Of a stretch of 52,902 bases of DNA, positions 45,779 through 52,902 are shown in pieces (position 1 is the first letter of the stretch; the number at the start of each line of letters is the position of its first letter). Origin of the DNA: a virus (lineage: Duplodnaviria; Caudoviricetes); IMG/VR virus record IMGVR_UViG_3300021335_000025, positions 1-52,902 of that record. The stretch is one strand, 5' to 3'. The position numbers were made by a program, and so were the translations under genes. The notes under the pieces were generated by a model that saw nothing but the letters and a program-made list of their open reading frames with translations, was not told the DNA's origin and searched no databases.

Positions 45779-46024
45779 TTAGATACGTGATTTACTTCCG
45801 CCAGCTTTTGATGCTTTCTTAAGAACTTCGCCCCATCCAGGGTTTTTGTTGATGTGCTTGTCTCGCCATTCACCAACTTCTCCCGAACCAGGACAAGTAG
45901 ATGGATCAGACCAATCTCTGTCCCAGTCTGGGTTATCTGTTTTCCATTGATCCCACTCGTGAACGCTTAAAACCACCTCTTTTTGTTCACCAGTATTTTT
46001 GTTAATTACAGGATAAGTTGCCAA
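45779..46024 (-). CDS. Conserved cyanophage hypothetical protein (81 aa)
   Basis: MATYPVINKNTGEQKE...GW.EVL; GAGG RBS; position between thyX and phoH. Confidence 0.75.
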   Translation of the reverse strand: MATYPVINKNTGEQKEVVLSVHEWDQWKTDNPDWDRDWSDPSTCPGSGEVGEWRDKHINKNPGWGEVLKKASKAGGSKSRI

Positions 46025-46049
46025 ATTTCACCTCAATAGCATAGTTTAT

Positions 46050-46691
46050 TTAGACCCATTCAAGTGCTTCTGAAACAGTTGGGAACTGCTCCATAAAGAT
46101 CTTCTTACAAGCATCGGCAATATCCATATGCTCCTTCTGAGTTCCATTGGCCGACCTAAGTGTTATGTAATGAATCCAGGAGCGGCACGATCCACTCATA
46201 TAGATGCGTGTGGGCGTTGCCAGAGGAAGCACAAAACGAGCACATTCTTTTGCGATTCCCATATCAAGCATTGACTGATAAAGAACCATTGAGTCATCAA
46301 AGTGTTTCCGAATCTTACTCTCAAACTCTTGCTTTACAGAATCATCGATATCATCAATAGAGTTCTGACGGTTCTTTGTATCCTGGCGACGCAAGTCAAA
46401 GAGAGGAATGCTATCTCCCAAAAGAGAACTATCAGCATAGCGTTGTGAAAATTCCTGATATGTAAACGAACGGTGTCGAAGAATTTGTGCTGCTATGCCC
46501 CTAGTGGTCTCAATCTCAAGAGTCATGAATGCCTGCTCAAATACGCTCCAGTGCTGGTGTTTCACGCAGTACTTAAGAAGACCCGCAACGTTCGGGTTCT
46601 CCTGGTTGGCGGGGTTGCTAACCCTCGCTACGTAACCCATTGTCTTCTCAGCATCAGGGGTCACAGAAATCAGTTTTACTTGCTCACTCAT
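46050..46691 (-). CDS. thyX: Flavin-dependent thymidylate synthase
   Basis: HWSVFE, QILRHRSFTYQEFSQRY, ECARFVLP, R...TQKEH. Confidence 0.95.
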   Translation of the reverse strand: MSEQVKLISVTPDAEKTMGYVARVSNPANQENPNVAGLLKYCVKHQHWSVFEQAFMTLEIETTRGIAAQILRHRSFTYQEFSQRYADSSLLGDSIPLFDLRRQDTKNRQNSIDDIDDSVKQEFESKIRKHFDDSMVLYQSMLDMGIAKECARFVLPLATPTRIYMSGSCRSWIHYITLRSANGTQKEHMDIADACKKIFMEQFPTVSEALEWV

Positions 46692-46863
46692 TTTCTTTTT
46701 TATAGTTTTTACGTTTCTTTTTGAGTTCTTTTAACTCTGCTTTGATAAGTTGATAGGCAGTCTCTCCATCAATCTTATTTCCCATTTCCATTGCAATAAT
46801 AACATCGGTGCGAGTTCCGAAGTGTTGCAAAGCCCTTTCGAAGGAATCTAAATCTTCATACAT
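46684..46863 (-). CDS. Hypothetical protein (59 aa, MYEDLDSFERALQHFGTR...)
   Basis: Not in track; TGATG-coupled to the upstream gene and fills the gap before thyX. Confidence 0.75.
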   Translation of the reverse strand: MYEDLDSFERALQHFGTRTDVIIAMEMGNKIDGETAYQLIKAELKELKKKRKNYKKENE

Positions 46864-47090
46864 CAGTCTGGGTATCCATCATCGTCATCACTATATAACC
46901 GATATTGATTCTTGGAAGTACTTTCTTCATGATAATCAGGTTCATATGAATCATCAATTTTTTGAATTAAATCCTCAAACTTGATAATGTTTTCTATATT
47001 ATCATCCTTAGAATCTTCCATTTCCAACTTAAGAGATTCAATCAGAAGTTCCATGTTTCGAATTATCAATGAAATTTTTTTCTTGTTCAT
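46863..47090 (-). CDS. Conserved acidic hypothetical protein (75 aa)
   Basis: LIIRNMELLIESLK...DDDDGYPD; own promoter upstream. Confidence 0.7.
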   Translation of the reverse strand: MNKKKISLIIRNMELLIESLKLEMEDSKDDNIENIIKFEDLIQKIDDSYEPDYHEESTSKNQYRLYSDDDDGYPD

Positions 47091-47110
47091 TTTATTCGCG
47101 CAGCAAAAAC

Positions 47111-47147
47111 ATTTTACATAAAAAAAGAGAGGGTGTCAACCCTCTCT
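47111..47147 (-). terminator. Terminator hairpin overlapping a sigma70 promoter
   Basis: AGAGAGGGT-TGAC-ACCCTCTCT plus T-run; the same bases give TTGACA-17 nt-TAAAAT. Confidence 0.85.
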
Positions 47148-47149
47148 AA

Positions 47150-47230
47150 TCACTTAAGTAAATGAACTTCAGCAACTATCAACAACATAAATGCCATTGA
47201 TGCCAAAGTTATTTCTGCTACTGTCAGCAT
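47150..47230 (-). CDS. Hydrophobic microprotein (26 aa)
   Basis: MLTVAEITLASMAFMLLIVAEVHLLK; overlaps the upstream stop and ends just before the terminator. Confidence 0.6.
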   Translation of the reverse strand: MLTVAEITLASMAFMLLIVAEVHLLK

Positions 47231-47325
47231 TTTTTTGCCCCAACAATATGTGCAATTTGTGCTTTATGTAGTCTATTCTGTTTTTGTTTTTGATCTTTAA
47301 TGATCTGCAGGACATTCAGTTTCAC
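47224..47325 (-). CDS. Basic microprotein (33 aa)
   Basis: GTG start in GTGA overlap with GAGG upstream; MKLNVLQIIKDQKQKQNRLHKAQIAHIVGAKKC. Confidence 0.6.
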   Translation of the reverse strand: MKLNVLQIIKDQKQKQNRLHKAQIAHIVGAKKC

Positions 47326-47456
47326 TTGCATACCTCTTTAGTTTCGGTATGCTTCACACCTCTGTAGGTTTCTACAAAGGTTTCTTTTGAACAAACCATC
47401 TTATTCAGACGGTCATTGGTGTCATAAGCGGCACCACGATATACGACTTTAGCCAT
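47322..47456 (-). CDS. DUF4278-like (IF17/GifB N-terminal-like) microprotein, 44 aa
   Basis: MAKVVYRGAAYDTNDRLNKMVCSKETFVETYRGVKHTETKEVCK has two YRG motifs; strong GGAGG RBS; downstream of the riboswitch. Confidence 0.8.
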   Translation of the reverse strand: MAKVVYRGAAYDTNDRLNKMVCSKETFVETYRGVKHTETKEVCK

Positions 47457-47489
47457 GAGATTGCCTCCAAAGAAATGAGTTAATTAAAA

Positions 47490-47542
47490 CCCGTTCCTTC
47501 GGGCGGTTTGCGTTCGCTATTTGCAAATAGCGAATGAACGAT
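47490..47542 (-). ncRNA. Glutamine-II (Downstream-peptide) riboswitch aptamer
   Basis: ATCGTTCA-TTCGCTATTT-GC-AAATAGCGAA-CGCAAACCGCCCGAAGGAACGGG: P1 CGTTC/GAACG, P2 hairpin and CGCAA junction. Confidence 0.8.
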
Positions 47543-47585
47543 CCGTTCCGCCGTCCTACTTGCGACCAGTTACCTGGTTGAACGT
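47543..47585 (-). ncRNA. Upstream glutamine-riboswitch-like aptamer (glnA/Downstream-peptide family)
   Basis: ACGTTCA-ACCAG-GTAA-CTGGT-CGCAAGTAGGACGGCGGAACG: same P1/P2/CGCAAG architecture. Confidence 0.7.
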
Positions 47586-47591
47586 AAGCAC

Positions 47592-47620
47592 ATTATAGTG
47601 CTATCAACTTATGTAGTCAA
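47592..47620 (-). promoter_or_regulatory. Sigma70 promoter of the riboswitch operon
   Basis: TTGACT-17 nt-TATAAT; predicted +1 at ~47585, the first base of aptamer 1. Confidence 0.85.
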
Positions 47621-47627
47621 GTGGTTT

Positions 47628-47643
47628 TGTATTTTATAATACA
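47628..47643. promoter_or_regulatory. Putative NtcA-binding site
   Basis: TGTA-TTTTATAA-TACA matches GTA-N8-TAC, 7 nt upstream of the -35. Confidence 0.55.
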
Positions 47644-47646
47644 GTT

Positions 47647-47886
47647 TTAAATAAGTTCTTGATTTTTAAGGTATTGTAAGGTTTCTTTAATACTGCCAAT
47701 GTGTTTGCTACCAATTGCTACCTGTGGATATGTTGCTTCTTTACCAAACTCCATTTCAAATTGACGTTCACTAAAGTCTATGCCCTCAATATATTCATGA
47801 AACTCACCGCCAATATTTTTAAGAAGCATACTAATACGCTCACACTCCTGACTACCGTTACTATAGATTACTGCCGTTTCATTCAT
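47647..47886 (-). CDS. Glutaredoxin-like protein with degenerate active site (SQEC)
   Basis: VIYS...SQEC...TYPQVAIG..HIG thioredoxin-fold pattern. Confidence 0.7.
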   Translation of the reverse strand: MNETAVIYSNGSQECERISMLLKNIGGEFHEYIEGIDFSERQFEMEFGKEATYPQVAIGSKHIGSIKETLQYLKNQELI

Positions 47887-48005
47887 AGTTGATAAAATTT
47901 AATTAGATAACTTTTAAATTCTGGTACATGTGCTAATGTAGACTGCAATATAAACCATTGAGAAGCAGTGGAAATGATATTATAAGTTTTTATATTATCA
48001 TCCAT
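47883..48005 (-). CDS. Hypothetical protein (40 aa)
   Basis: MDDNIKTYNIISTASQWFILQ...; ATGA-coupled to the next gene and fills the gap. Confidence 0.45.
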   Translation of the reverse strand: MDDNIKTYNIISTASQWFILQSTLAHVPEFKSYLIKFYQL

Positions 48006-48035
48006 AAATTGAATCTCTATAATATAATGTGTCAC

Positions 48036-48353
48036 TCAATCTCTCTGCCTCCAATCTTCTGGTTTATCTTGTGAGAAAAAGTCGATTATATCATCAGCAC
48101 TTGTAAATCCGGTACGATGATTTGATGGATCTGGATCTCCAAGATCCATCGCATTCATAAAGTCATCTAGACTTCCTTCTTTCATCTCTGGATTATTTGC
48201 TGCCCTTCTTGCCTTGCGAAGCATTGCTTCAGCAGATCCATTTGACTTTGCAAGTTTTTGAGCCCAAATCATATCTTCAATTTGAACTTCCTCACGCCTT
48301 GCAATTCTACCACAAATACTCTCCATGCGGAGTCTATATTGAGAAGAAAGCAT
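48036..48353 (-). CDS. Conserved cyanophage hypothetical protein (105 aa)
   Basis: MLSSQYRLR...MIWAQKLAK...LGDPDPSNH...DWRQRD; GAGG RBS. Confidence 0.75.
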   Translation of the reverse strand: MLSSQYRLRMESICGRIARREEVQIEDMIWAQKLAKSNGSAEAMLRKARRAANNPEMKEGSLDDFMNAMDLGDPDPSNHRTGFTSADDIIDFFSQDKPEDWRQRD

Positions 48354-48452
48354 TATATCCCTCGTTTAGTTTTATTTATTAAAAACCCTCATGCGAAAAA
48401 ATTTGCCGGAATTTTTTTCGCCAAAAAATGAAATGCAAAAGTGATTTTTAAA

Positions 48453-48653
48453 TTAGTCAATAGGATTTTCCTTTGACTCCTCAATCAATCCCTTAACATA
48501 TTCCTCAGTACCATCTAAAGTTTTAACTTGGTATAGATGTGATCTCATATACTTTTTGACATTCTTATATTTTTTTAGAAGAGAATTAAGTTCTTTTTTA
48601 TTAACTAAGAATTTAACATCATCTTCTTTTTCTTTTCCAAATCCTTTAGTCAT
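48453..48653 (-). CDS. Hypothetical protein (66 aa)
   Basis: Coupled ORF in a dense operon. Confidence 0.65.
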   Translation of the reverse strand: MTKGFGKEKEDDVKFLVNKKELNSLLKKYKNVKKYMRSHLYQVKTLDGTEEYVKGLIEESKENPID

Positions 48654-48961
48654 TTTTTAGATTTCTTTTCCTTTTTATCATTACCCCACAATTTGGGGTT
48701 TACCATTCCATAACCAAAATCAATTTTTTGAACTGCTCCAGGACCATACTTGTCGTAGTACATATCAAAGAGGTTTACTGTCTTACTACATCTTGTTAGG
48801 TCAATATAAGTTTTTCCATCAACTTTATACCAGATCAATTTTGCATCGTTTGGAAAACTTTTATCTTTTGCAATTTCCAATGTAGTTTTTTCCAAAAGAA
48901 TTTGACACCCATATTCATGTGGCAGAACGTTTTTTGAAATTTTATTTTCTTGTTCTGCCAT
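48650..48961 (-). CDS. Conserved cyanophage hypothetical protein (103 aa)
   Basis: Start re-called to 48961 (GGAGG RBS); FDMYYDKYG...GYG..NPKLWG. Confidence 0.7.
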   Translation of the reverse strand: MAEQENKISKNVLPHEYGCQILLEKTTLEIAKDKSFPNDAKLIWYKVDGKTYIDLTRCSKTVNLFDMYYDKYGPGAVQKIDFGYGMVNPKLWGNDKKEKKSKK

Positions 48962-48987
48962 AACAGTATCCTCCGAAAAAACAACTG

Positions 48988-49566
48988 TCACGAACGTCCT
49001 CCCCAAACAATGTCTGGATAAGACTCTGCAACAATTTCCTTTGTAATTTTATATTTATCTTGAAGTTTTTTATCCTTCACTAAGCACATAAGTTCTGCCT
49101 CAAGTGGATGCAATCCCTTCAACATATTAATAAAGATAGTTTCCTTTCTGACTTGAGAAATTGCGTTACTCCCACCTTTACAAAAGAGATAAAAGTTTTG
49201 ATACTCATTCCTGATAGAAGACTTTGCAGATGCTTCAGCAAAATCTTCTGTTCCATAGTATCCAGTAGTCTTCATTCCATCACTCTTAGACTTACTTTCA
49301 ATCATATCACTAAGATTACCACCAACGTTGGTTTGCTCATCAACGTCTGCATAAGGAACTGGTCCTGAAGGTAAAACACTAATTACGGATTCGTCAAAAT
49401 TCATAATAAAGATGGAAACAAGAGCAGGATTTCTGTACTCTTGCAAAACCTCAATTTTTTTTGCTTTACTTCTCTGCTTAGAAGCAAGTTCTAAAATCTC
49501 ATGTTGAAATGGATTTGGTTGTAGTTTTACAATTGGTTTATTCGTCGTCTTCTTCGTCGTAGTCAT
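48988..49566 (-). CDS. Conserved T4-like cyanophage protein (192 aa)
   Basis: LP.G.VPY, F.KGG, FI.ML.GLHP.EAE...KDK motifs. Confidence 0.75.
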   Translation of the reverse strand: MTTTKKTTNKPIVKLQPNPFQHEILELASKQRSKAKKIEVLQEYRNPALVSIFIMNFDESVISVLPSGPVPYADVDEQTNVGGNLSDMIESKSKSDGMKTTGYYGTEDFAEASAKSSIRNEYQNFYLFCKGGSNAISQVRKETIFINMLKGLHPLEAELMCLVKDKKLQDKYKITKEIVAESYPDIVWGGRS

Positions 49567-49756
49567 AATTGTTTTCAAATCGTACTGCTAAAATTTCATC
49601 AGGTAAAAGATTACCATTCTCATCAAACATCTCCGGATGAGCATATACTGGTGCTGTGCTGTAGAAATGTTCTTTTGCCAACCATCCTACCACACCACCA
49701 ACAAAAAAGAACATTATCGAAATAAGAGTGCTGATCGTTAGAGTTACTGCTAACAT
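49538..49756 (-). CDS. Single-pass membrane protein (72 aa)
   Basis: N-terminal TM helix, then HPEMFDENGN; GGAG RBS. Confidence 0.75.
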   Translation of the reverse strand: MLAVTLTISTLISIMFFFVGGVVGWLAKEHFYSTAPVYAHPEMFDENGNLLPDEILAVRFENNYDYDEEDDE

Positions 49757-49774
49757 TTTCTTTCTCCAGAGAGT

Positions 49775-49906
49775 CTATTTTTTCCTAATGTCTATGTAAA
49801 AGTTCAGGTGTAAAACAATCTCTCTACGAAAAAGAGAAACCATCTTACCAAACTTTAATTGAAAAGATTTTGGTGGTTCTGGTTTACTCCTCCTATTACG
49901 TAACAT
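49775..49906 (-). CDS. Small basic hypothetical protein (start uncertain)
   Basis: MLRNRRSKPEPPKSFQLKFGK...; the frame stays open upstream to 49996. Confidence 0.55.
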   Translation of the reverse strand: MLRNRRSKPEPPKSFQLKFGKMVSLFRREIVLHLNFYIDIRKK

Positions 49907-49940
49907 TAACTCAAATCCCCGATTAATCTGGGGTTCTGTT

Positions 49941-50300
49941 TTATTTAGTTTTCTTTCGTCGGCCTGGTCGTTTGTCATGGCTATACTTCCATGCATCTTC
50001 TAAGATGCCATACAAATAGTTTTTAATTTTTCTTGCTTGGGGTTTTGGAATGTGCCCATAAGCTTCACGAAGCATTTTGTGAGTGTTATCAGAACCTCCT
50101 TCTAGATATTCTCCCAACTCATTTACCAAATCTGAAATTTCTACAGAAGTTTCGCTGGTAATAAACTCTTCAACTTGCTTTCTTGTTACATTTCTAGATT
50201 TCAAATAATCATAAAATTTTAAAACAAACTTGTTTTCAAAAGCAAAGTCAATTGCTTGGTCAACATCATAATAAACTTCGTGAAAATTAGTGTCCATCAA
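49941..50300 (-). CDS. Conserved cyanophage hypothetical protein (119 aa)
   Basis: YLEGG.D..HK.LREAYGHIPKP.ARKI. Confidence 0.75.
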   Translation of the reverse strand: MMDTNFHEVYYDVDQAIDFAFENKFVLKFYDYLKSRNVTRKQVEEFITSETSVEISDLVNELGEYLEGGSDNTHKMLREAYGHIPKPQARKIKNYLYGILEDAWKYSHDKRPGRRKKTK

Positions 50301-50533
50301 ATAATTTTGTTTTCTGAAAGGTACTTTACAGTTTCAGTGCATCCACCGATCAATACATCATCCAAAAGAACCCTTGGAAAAGTTGATCCGTTTCCAAACT
50401 TTGAATAAAATTCTTCTCTTGTAAAATCACTATTTAATTTTTGAATTTCATAATCAAGATTCGCCAGATGCAAAACTCTTTCCACTTTTGTGCAAAATGG
50501 ACAACCTTCTTTAGAATATACTGTAAATTTCAT
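50297..50533 (-). CDS. nrdC: Glutaredoxin
   Basis: CPFC active site, TFPRV, IGGCTE. Confidence 0.9.
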   Translation of the reverse strand: MKFTVYSKEGCPFCTKVERVLHLANLDYEIQKLNSDFTREEFYSKFGNGSTFPRVLLDDVLIGGCTETVKYLSENKII

Positions 50534-50555
50534 TTTGTAATAATAAAACTGAAAA

Positions 50556-50834
50556 TTATTTAGCGTGATATGCTTTTAGATCTGGATTTGGTTGAGAAGG
50601 AACCACGGGGTTCCGACTTACATTTTTGATCACAATAAAAGCATCCTTTTGATAAGTAATAGTTCCAAAAGGTTTTGCCCACTTTGGATTTGCATCAGGA
50701 TTAGTTGCAGTTCCAGTTACAGCAACACCTCCAATATCAACCTTCAGTTCATCTTCATGATCCCATCCAAGTTTCTGAAGGGCAATAGCAAACTGCCCAA
50801 GCATATCAGCACTCGGATTCTTTTTCTCCGTCAT
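50556..50834 (-). CDS. Conserved hypothetical protein (92 aa)
   Basis: Start re-called to 50834 (GGAG RBS, downstream of a promoter). Confidence 0.7.
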   Translation of the reverse strand: MTEKKNPSADMLGQFAIALQKLGWDHEDELKVDIGGVAVTGTATNPDANPKWAKPFGTITYQKDAFIVIKNVSRNPVVPSQPNPDLKAYHAK

Positions 50835-50946
50835 TGATTTCACTCCGTGGTTCTTCATTATACAATGGTTTACCTGGCCTGTAAAGTTGAGGCCAGGTAT
50901 CTATCAGAATTTCTGAGATTTTATATGGTGTTTCAGAGTTAATCAT
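50806..50946 (-). CDS. Small hypothetical protein (46 aa, MINSETPYKISEILIDTWPQLYRP...)
   Basis: Not in track; starts 2 nt after the upstream stop. Confidence 0.55.
   Translation of the reverse strand: MINSETPYKISEILIDTWPQLYRPGKPLYNEEPRSEINDGEKESEC
50857..50899 (-). promoter_or_regulatory. Sigma70 promoter with stem-loop over the -35
   Basis: TTTACA-17 nt-TATAAT; TACCTGGCCT/AGGCCAGGTA inverted repeat. Confidence 0.7.
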
Positions 50947-50948
50947 TT

Positions 50949-51059
50949 CTAGGGATTGTGATTTTTATTTCCCTTTACTTTATTATAACCCCAAACAATA
51001 AGAGCGCCAGCACCGACGCCTACGATACAGCAGATAATCATGTGTCCAAAATGATGCAT
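50949..51059 (-). CDS. Membrane microprotein (36 aa)
   Basis: MHHFGHMIICCIVGVGAGALIVWGYNKVKGNKNHNP: one TM helix plus basic tail; not in track. Confidence 0.6.
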   Translation of the reverse strand: MHHFGHMIICCIVGVGAGALIVWGYNKVKGNKNHNP

Positions 51060-51079
51060 TAGTTTTTGTTTAATTTAAA

Positions 51080-51403
51080 TCAGTTTACGGTAACGTGTCC
51101 AATCATTCCAGCGCCTTTATGAGGATCACACCAAAAGGTATACTCGCCAGGAACATCAAAGGAAACGTCAAAGGATTCTCCAGGAGAAAATGCCAAACCT
51201 GTATGGCTGAGCTCGGGATGACCATCAACAATGACATTGTGAGGAGGTAGCACGTTATTGATAAAGTGGATGCTATCACCAGCAGCAATTGTAACTTCTG
51301 AGGGTTCAAAGACTAGTCCTCCATTATAACCCATCTGAACATCAACTGCCCAAGCAGGGAGAGCGAAGAAAAGAGTTGCGATAAATGCAAAAAAGAACTT
51401 CAT
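51080..51403 (-). CDS. petE: Plastocyanin (phage AMG)
   Basis: Signal peptide ending AWA; Cu ligands PHN...C.PH.GAGM. Confidence 0.95.
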   Translation of the reverse strand: MKFFFAFIATLFFALPAWAVDVQMGYNGGLVFEPSEVTIAAGDSIHFINNVLPPHNVIVDGHPELSHTGLAFSPGESFDVSFDVPGEYTFWCDPHKGAGMIGHVTVN

Positions 51404-51459
51404 AAAAGTTTATGTAACTTCACTATCTATACTCTTTATATTATTATACTTGGGATTTG

Positions 51460-51942
51460 TCAGTTAATCATTACAGAATATAGTCCCGTAATAGTATCAA
51501 CATCTGCAGGTCGAAATGCTTTCACTGGTGCAATCCAGTTGTAGGACATTACAGTATCATTAGTATCAGTATCATACCATACATCACCGTCTCTATCATC
51601 ATGAGGATGCTCAAGACCTAATGCGTGGCCCCACTCATGCAAATACACATACTTCTTATCATTAGCAAATTTCTTAACTAGGATAGTATATCCTTTCTCT
51701 GTTGGTATACACAAACCAGCAGCATAATCATATGGTTCTGGCATACTCTTTCTTTCATAGAATGCAACCTCAGCATGTTTTGGTTTCTTCAACACCTTGA
51801 TGTTGAATGATACCATTTCATCTGTGGTTGCAATCATGTTTCGAGTGAACCTCGTTGGACTATCAACATACACCTTGAGAAGGTTATCATTTAGAAATTG
51901 AGAGGTGTGTTGATAGTTATAAGGAGAAATTAGTTCTTCCAT
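51460..51942 (-). CDS. Metzincin (matrixin/serralysin-like) zinc peptidase (160 aa)
   Basis: HEWGHALGLEH zinc motif plus Met-turn TVMSY; start re-called to 51942 (TAATG coupling, GGAG RBS). Confidence 0.8.
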   Translation of the reverse strand: MEELISPYNYQHTSQFLNDNLLKVYVDSPTRFTRNMIATTDEMVSFNIKVLKKPKHAEVAFYERKSMPEPYDYAAGLCIPTEKGYTILVKKFANDKKYVYLHEWGHALGLEHPHDDRDGDVWYDTDTNDTVMSYNWIAPVKAFRPADVDTITGLYSVMIN

Positions 51943-52172
51943 TACTCTCCTTTTACAACATGAGACCATGCAACTTTATACTTATTATCCCAGTTATCGC
52001 AGTATGGTGGATAAAAAGCATTGAGAGCAGCAGTAGTGTCAACAATGCGTTTCATATCACCAGCATCTACTGCTTCTTGTAGTTTATCAAGAAGAAAACT
52101 AAACGTAGTGATTTGACTAAATGCATCCTCAAGATCATTCATTACTTTCCAAGTTTTGTCTGGCATTGTCAT
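51942..52172 (-). CDS. Hypothetical protein (76 aa)
   Basis: Coupled ORF. Confidence 0.65.
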   Translation of the reverse strand: MTMPDKTWKVMNDLEDAFSQITTFSFLLDKLQEAVDAGDMKRIVDTTAALNAFYPPYCDNWDNKYKVAWSHVVKGE

Positions 52173-52399
52173 TTGTTGCCCTCACAATATAAAAGATATT
52201 TGTATTCTGCTACCTGATGTGGAGCATATCTTACTATATCACATCCTTTGTAGGTGTCAACCACTTCAAATGATGCTTTTAGTTCTGGTGTGTTCATTGA
52301 TAGTGCTCCAACGATTAATATACCAAAACCAACAACACCAAGAGTAACTGCTACACCATTAAGAAACTCTTTGAGAGCATACTTGTCATCTTCAGTCAT
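52169..52399 (-). CDS. Membrane-anchored hypothetical protein (76 aa)
   Basis: TM helix, then FEVVDTYKGCDIVRY. Confidence 0.7.
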   Translation of the reverse strand: MTEDDKYALKEFLNGVAVTLGVVGFGILIVGALSMNTPELKASFEVVDTYKGCDIVRYAPHQVAEYKYLLYCEGNK

Positions 52400-52893
52400 T
52401 TTTGTGCCTCTTCTTGGAATGTCCTTACTCGTTCAAGATAATCTTTTCCTTGTTGATACAACCCATCAATCAGTGCGTTGATGTCAGCAGTAGAAACAAC
52501 ATCAAACTCGTGATTAAGGTTCTCATACCTCAACGCATCAAGCATACACTCTAATGTCATTGCCTGTTGAAACTCTGGTGTGATAGGTGTTCCATGGGAG
52601 AGACCAGAACATTCAGTATTATAGAACATATTGTATCGTTCAAGAATGCGATGATTTCTTACCATACTATTTTCCTCCGCAAACTTATCGGCATCAAATA
52701 CTTGTGATTTGGCAAACTCTTCTTGGAACTTTTCAGTATCCATAAGTTGTCCAGTAGTCATTTCCTTGAACTTTTGTTTGCCGTATTCAGTAAGGGAATG
52801 TTTTTGATTTCGTAGTTGATTGATTTCTTCTTGTGATAAGTTCAACCAAGGAGCATTATCGGGCACTGGAAGATTGTGAGATTCTTGTTTCAT
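52396..52893 (-). CDS. Hypothetical protein (165 aa)
   Basis: Clean ORF, ATGA-coupled downstream. Confidence 0.65.
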   Translation of the reverse strand: MKQESHNLPVPDNAPWLNLSQEEINQLRNQKHSLTEYGKQKFKEMTTGQLMDTEKFQEEFAKSQVFDADKFAEENSMVRNHRILERYNMFYNTECSGLSHGTPITPEFQQAMTLECMLDALRYENLNHEFDVVSTADINALIDGLYQQGKDYLERVRTFQEEAQK

Positions 52894-52902
52894 TTTTTCA
52901 AT

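Noticed and set aside
51412-51428. NtcA site upstream of petE
   Set aside because: Reads GTA-N8-ATC, not TAC; too weak in AT-rich DNA.
1-52902. Alternative genetic code or stop-codon recoding
   Set aside because: Standard code gives long intact ORFs; TAA, TAG and TGA all end genes; no suppressor tRNA.

Overview
AT-rich, almost fully coding fragment of a T4-like cyanophage (cyanomyovirus) genome, nearly all on the minus strand. 1-15211: giant tail/fibre-like structural proteins, including a collagen-like one cut by the window edge. 15255-17334: accessory island with a Mom-like DNA-modification gene, small ORFs, three tRNAs (Thr-UGU, Leu-UAA, Ile-UAU) and a candidate sRNA. 17346-42006: baseplate/tail module (fibre-like proteins, gp5, cp12, hub, two tape-measure-like proteins, gp51, gp26, tube initiator, then plus-strand gp4, gp48, gp53). 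42007-46691: gp32, gp59, gp33, exonuclease, phoH, thyX. 46684-52893: small early-type genes with glutaredoxins, plastocyanin and a metzincin peptidase. Best leads: (1) a self-contained nitrogen-sensing operon missed by the ORF track (NtcA box, sigma70 promoter, tandem glutamine-riboswitch aptamers, three microproteins, terminator); (2) a T-TTT-TTC slippery site that would fuse gp26 to gp51 by -1 frameshift in G/GT chaperone synteny; (3) a ~60-nt promoter-to-terminator transcript with a near-complement of the cyanobacterial Yfr1 seed; (4) a tape-measure-like protein with three different peptidoglycan hydrolase domains. All family assignments come from motif recognition and synteny; no searches were run.
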